A DNA stretch of 64,000 bases from a virus. Taxonomy: Duplodnaviria > Caudoviricetes. Made by a program: the position numbers and the translations under genes. Of this stretch, positions 60,419-64,000 are shown in pieces. Positions within the stretch are counted from its first letter, which is position 1. Every line of letters begins with the position of its first letter. The notes under the pieces were generated by a model that was given only the letters and a program-made list of their open reading frames with translations, searched no databases and was not told where the DNA came from. The stretch lies in the IMG/VR virus record IMGVR_UViG_3300049581_000247, positions 7,815 to 71,814 of that record. One strand, given 5' to 3'.

Positions 60419-61471
60419 TTACATGCACCTGCCGTTGATGATCTTCTTGTTCTCGACCTCGAAATCCGCCGATGGCGCCAGCGTGACGAAGGCGAACCCA
60501 TGGTTCCACTTGTTGAACGGGCGGTAGTTTGGATGCAGCTCGCACAGGCAGCCCAGCGACCAGCTGCCCAGCGTCTTGCCCTCCAGCGTGTTCTCGATGT
60601 GCTCGGAGCTGTGATGAAAGTGGCCGCAGGCCGAGTTGGCCTTGGCCCGCAGGAAGAGCCACCGGGCGGCATTGACCGGGGCGATGGTGGGCTCGGCGAA
60701 TTCGTGGCCGTGGAGGACCGAGAGCTTCCCAACGGCGATGGGCCGCTTGTCGGTGACATACTCGATGCCAAGGCCGGGCAGGCCGACGATCATCTCCAGT
60801 CGGAATTCGCGAATCCCGAACAGCTTCTCGGCGTTCAGCATCAGGTAGTGAACGTACCGCTCGTCGTGGTTGCCGTCCTTCCAGATGATTCGGGCCTTGG
60901 GGAAGTGCTCCCGGAGCGACTCGAGGAACTGCTTGCAGCACTCGATCTCGGAGGCGGGGTCCCGGCGGCGCGGGTCCTTGATGAAGCGGGAGAGCTGATG
61001 GAAGTCGAGCTGGTCCCCGTTCAGGATGATGCAGGTGACATCGCGCTTCCTGGCCTCCTCGATGGCGATCCGGATGGCGCCGACGCTGTGATACGGAAAG
61101 TGCAGGTCGCTCAGGACCAGGATGCTCTCGTTCTTTGTGCCGGCTGAGACAAAATGGGGAAGGAACTGGTTTTCCTCGTTCGGCGGGATGTAGAACGGAC
61201 TGGCCCTGAGGACCGAGACAGAGTTGGTCAACGGCGACGGCGGGGCCTTGAATCCGTTCCCCCTGTGCTTCCGGTTGGCGTTGCCGTGTGCGCCCCGGGC
61301 ATATCTCACGGCCTGGCGAACGGCGTCGAGGTTTCGCCAGACGGCGGGGTTCTGCTCAAGAAGGTGGCGGGCGATCGTTTGTGATGGGAGTTCCGGGGTC
61401 TCTGACAGGGCTTTCCGAATGAGTTCGGTTCCGATGGGGTTCGAGCTGCTGGTGGTTCGTGGCTGGATCAC
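60419..61471 (-). CDS. Calcineurin-like metallophosphoesterase with N-terminal HTH-like region (350 aa)
   Basis: SDLHFPYH, NGDQLD, GNHDER, LHGHE, GHFH. Confidence 0.88.
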   Translation of the reverse strand: MIQPRTTSSSNPIGTELIRKALSETPELPSQTIARHLLEQNPAVWRNLDAVRQAVRYARGAHGNANRKHRGNGFKAPPSPLTNSVSVLRASPFYIPPNEENQFLPHFVSAGTKNESILVLSDLHFPYHSVGAIRIAIEEARKRDVTCIILNGDQLDFHQLSRFIKDPRRRDPASEIECCKQFLESLREHFPKARIIWKDGNHDERYVHYLMLNAEKLFGIREFRLEMIVGLPGLGIEYVTDKRPIAVGKLSVLHGHEFAEPTIAPVNAARWLFLRAKANSACGHFHHSSEHIENTLEGKTLGSWSLGCLCELHPNYRPFNKWNHGFAFVTLAPSADFEVENKKIINGRCM

Positions 61472-61481
61472 GGGTTGATGG

Positions 61482-61766
61482 TTATTGTTTCTGGTTGCGG
61501 GCTCTGATTTCCGAAGTGATGTCGTCGAGGCTTTTCCTGATCCAGGAGATGTCGGTCTTCATGGTCTCGACAGATTGCAGGGTGACCGCCTGGGCGTCGA
61601 CGCGGGCGCGAAGGTCGTTGATCTGGATTTGGGCGAATTTGCTCTGGGCGTCGATCCCATCGTGCCAGCGAATATCCTGGACGATGACGCCGACGATGGC
61701 GATCAGGTTGGTGAGAAGAAATCCTTTGGCGATCTTGCCCCATCCCTTCGGAGCTGGCGTATCCAT
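61482..61766 (-). CDS. Single-TM coiled-coil protein, holin/antiholin-like (94 aa)
   Basis: FLLTNLIAIVGVIV transmembrane segment followed by a coiled coil; lysis-type position. Confidence 0.5.
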   Translation of the reverse strand: MDTPAPKGWGKIAKGFLLTNLIAIVGVIVQDIRWHDGIDAQSKFAQIQINDLRARVDAQAVTLQSVETMKTDISWIRKSLDDITSEIRARNQKQ

Positions 61767-61840
61767 GATTGATGCTGGTGGTGGCTGCGGTCGCGGGCAG
61801 CACGGTGCAGCTTCTCCGGGGCTTGGCAAGGGAAAATTAC

Positions 61841-62512
61841 TTAGGGTGTCGCGCTAGGGGCCGGTGGGGTGGGCGCCGGGGCCGGCGCTGCGGTCTTCTC
61901 CCCGCGCTCATGCCCGAAATATATCCCGGCCCCCAGGAAGAGCGATGCCACCGCCACGGCCCAAAACCACGGGGGAAGGCTCGACGATTTCCACATTGCG
62001 AAAAAAATGACCGCAGCTCCCGCGCTACAGATTGCCGGCGTGCGGTAGTGCAGCCAGACCTCGAAGGCGATGGCCAGGGCGATGGCCCCGATCGCGCAGT
62101 ACAGGAGCGGCTGGCTTGATTCGGTGTCGATGCGGTGCGCGGCGACCGTCGTGTCGACGGTCCCGGTGTTGGCATCAACCTTGGTTTCGTTGACGACGAG
62201 CTGGGTGTCGCGGGACGGCTTGATCTCGATGACCTCCCTGGCGGGCTGGGCCTGGACCCCGGGAGCAGCCTCGGTCGCGGGAATGGCCCGCACGGCCTCA
62301 GTTTTGGTCACCAGCACGCTCGAACCGGCCGGGATGGGCAAGGTGGCCCTTTTCTCGGATGAGGCCAGGGAAGCGGGCTTTCCTGCGTCTGCGACCCCCA
62401 CCACGGTTGCCGCCGGGGTTTGGATGCTACCCCGCTTCTTGAACAGGGTGCATCCGGAAAAGAAAACGGCCAGCATGAGGCTGGCCGTGATAAGCTGGAT
62501 TGTCCTTCGCAT
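61841..62512 (-). CDS. Lipoprotein with three C-terminal TM helices, u-spanin-like (223 aa)
   Basis: Lipobox FSGC (Cys21), beta-rich middle, three hydrophobic segments at the C-terminus; start reassigned to ATG 62512. Confidence 0.6.
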   Translation of the reverse strand: MRRTIQLITASLMLAVFFSGCTLFKKRGSIQTPAATVVGVADAGKPASLASSEKRATLPIPAGSSVLVTKTEAVRAIPATEAAPGVQAQPAREVIEIKPSRDTQLVVNETKVDANTGTVDTTVAAHRIDTESSQPLLYCAIGAIALAIAFEVWLHYRTPAICSAGAAVIFFAMWKSSSLPPWFWAVAVASLFLGAGIYFGHERGEKTAAPAPAPTPPAPSATP

Positions 62513-62892
62513 TACTCGATCAGGCCAAATGCCTTGAGCATGTCGAGGCTGTACTTGCCGGGCTGAATCTGCTGCTTCTCGACCAGGTGCCTGATGCACT
62601 GCTTGCAGGTGTCGCGCTGCTTCTCGGTCAGCTCGAAGGAGCTGGTGATGGCGCTGGCCCACTTGGCGTGGGCGGCCTTGAACTCGATCTTCTCCTGGGG
62701 CGAGGCGAGCATGTTGTTGGGCGCAATGGGCTCGCCTGGCACCTCCGGAACAATCTCGGCGAGCAGTTGTCCGCCCACGATGATGTCGGCAATGCCCTTG
62801 GCCCAACCCGATTGAGAGAGACAGTCGCGCAGGAGATTGATGGCGCCGACCGTGACGTTTTCGATTTTGTACGTTGCTGGTGTGTTGCTCAT
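62512..62892 (-). CDS. Hypothetical protein (126 aa), possibly a fibre chaperone
   Basis: ORF track; follows the fibre genes. Confidence 0.65.
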   Translation of the reverse strand: MSNTPATYKIENVTVGAINLLRDCLSQSGWAKGIADIIVGGQLLAEIVPEVPGEPIAPNNMLASPQEKIEFKAAHAKWASAITSSFELTEKQRDTCKQCIRHLVEKQQIQPGKYSLDMLKAFGLIE

Positions 62893-62901
62893 AAACGAGT
62901 G

Positions 62902-62928
62902 GGGCGGACAGTGATGAGCTGTCCGCCC
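62902..62928. promoter_or_regulatory. Perfect 10 bp intergenic hairpin
   Basis: GGGCGGACAG-TGATGAG-CTGTCCGCCC. Confidence 0.7.
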
Positions 62929-62941
62929 TAGTCAACCTTAA

Positions 62942-63814
62942 TTAAGGGGAATCGGCCGTGAGGTCGATGTAGGCCTGGGTCCCGGCGGGAACTCCGAGAA
63001 CGGCGATGCCGAGGACGCTGGTGCTGGGGAGGCTCAGGACCTTGATCGTGCATGAGGTATTGGTCTGCGTGCCATTGATCTGGGCATTGAGAGGGATAGT
63101 TCCGCCGCCCTCGACAACCACGCCGATCACCGGGACAACTCCGCTGGGGAATGCCGTGGGGTACGTCCAGGTGTAATTTCCGCTGCCGTCGGTCTGGACG
63201 CGAACTCGTTGGTGAAGGGCGGGAAGCCCATTCAGCTTGACCTTGTCCGCAGCGCTCATCGTGCCCGACGCACTCGTGGTCGCGTCACTGATGCCAAGAT
63301 CGGCCGATGTCGATGTGCCGCTATTGGTCAACGGGGCGCTGACGGAAATCACGCCGCTTGGACCCTGGGCGCCGTTGGAGCCGTTCGTTCCGTTCGTTCC
63401 GTTGGCGCCATCGGCTCCGTCATTGCCGGCATCCCCTTTATCGCCCTTATCCCCCTTGGGGCCGGGCGTAAGCTCGATTGCGGACAATGCCGTCTCGAGG
63501 TCGGCCGAACTCACCTTGTCCGACACGTCGATATCCATGACCTCGGAACCCGGCGATCCACTGAAGGTGAATCTGCTCGACAGTGTTGGCATGAAGAGCG
63601 TGCCGGTCGTGGTCCCGGTATTGCTCCTGGACTTATCGTGCACGATCAGGCTGAAATCCGCCGCCGGATCGGGCTTGATGACATAGCTGTACAGGTCGCT
63701 GGAATCCTCATTCAGCTGGAGGCCGCTGATGATGAGGCCGTTGTCGTATAGGCCGGCTTTGGCTGCGACGGAGACGCAAAGCGCCGCCATCAGTGAAACG
63801 ATGGGTTTCTTCAT
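62942..63814 (-). CDS. Collagen-repeat fibre protein with signal-peptide-like N-terminus (290 aa)
   Basis: GPKGDKGDKGDAGNDGADGANGTNGTNGSNGAQGPSG; SGTMSAADKVKL; C-terminal YTWTYPTAF domain; N-terminus MKKPIVSLMAALCVSVAAKA. Confidence 0.75.
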   Translation of the reverse strand: MKKPIVSLMAALCVSVAAKAGLYDNGLIISGLQLNEDSSDLYSYVIKPDPAADFSLIVHDKSRSNTGTTTGTLFMPTLSSRFTFSGSPGSEVMDIDVSDKVSSADLETALSAIELTPGPKGDKGDKGDAGNDGADGANGTNGTNGSNGAQGPSGVISVSAPLTNSGTSTSADLGISDATTSASGTMSAADKVKLNGLPALHQRVRVQTDGSGNYTWTYPTAFPSGVVPVIGVVVEGGGTIPLNAQINGTQTNTSCTIKVLSLPSTSVLGIAVLGVPAGTQAYIDLTADSP

Positions 63815-63820
63815 GGGAAA

Positions 63821-64000
63821 TTAGCCCAACTCGACGATGACGTAATTATACGTCGAATTATCCGTTTCGGCTCCCGCCACCACGAAACTCGTGCCCACGG
63901 TGATGGCGGTAAGCCTCGGCATCGATGAAATGGTGCCGCTGGCGGTCTTGAGGCCGAACAGGACGGTCGAGTTCGCGGTGATGGACGTATTGTTCACGGT
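63821..64000 (-). CDS. C-terminal end of a tail fibre/spike protein (5' end beyond window)
   Basis: TVNNTSITANSTVLF..GTSFVV..DNSTYNYVIVELG*. Confidence 0.65.
   Translation of the reverse strand, partial: TVNNTSITANSTVLFGLKTASGTISSMPRLTAITVGTSFVVAGAETDNSTYNYVIVELG

Overview
64 kb slice of a high-GC (roughly 60-65% by eye) tailed dsDNA phage genome, almost certainly a podovirus. Nearly every gene is on the minus strand, and most plus-strand ORFs in the track are antisense shadows. Reading in the direction of transcription (right to left) the window holds: tail-fibre/collagen genes; lysis-type membrane genes; a recombination/replication block (metallophosphoesterase, RecE-like exonuclease, RusA-like resolvase, SSB, initiator, DnaB); a non-coding gap at about 52.9-53.45 kb; and an early region of small ORFs interleaved with many structured non-coding and tRNA-like elements. 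Next comes a complete phage-encoded ubiquitin-like conjugation cassette (tandem Ubl ending in QEKAA, E2-like, E1/ThiF, JAB peptidase), then a tyrosine recombinase and ParB-like gene next to two dif/cer-like sites, small accessory genes and a C5 methyltransferase. The structural block follows: terminase, portal, scaffold, major capsid, a glycosyltransferase/methyltransferase cluster, adaptor, nozzle, tail protein, ejection proteins and a >2170 aa polyvalent protein that runs off the left edge and is missing from the ORF track. Lipoprotein signals point to a diderm host. A/C-rich leaders without Shine-Dalgarno motifs suggest a PVC- or Bacteroidota-type host (inference). All family assignments come from motifs recognised by eye; no database searches were run.
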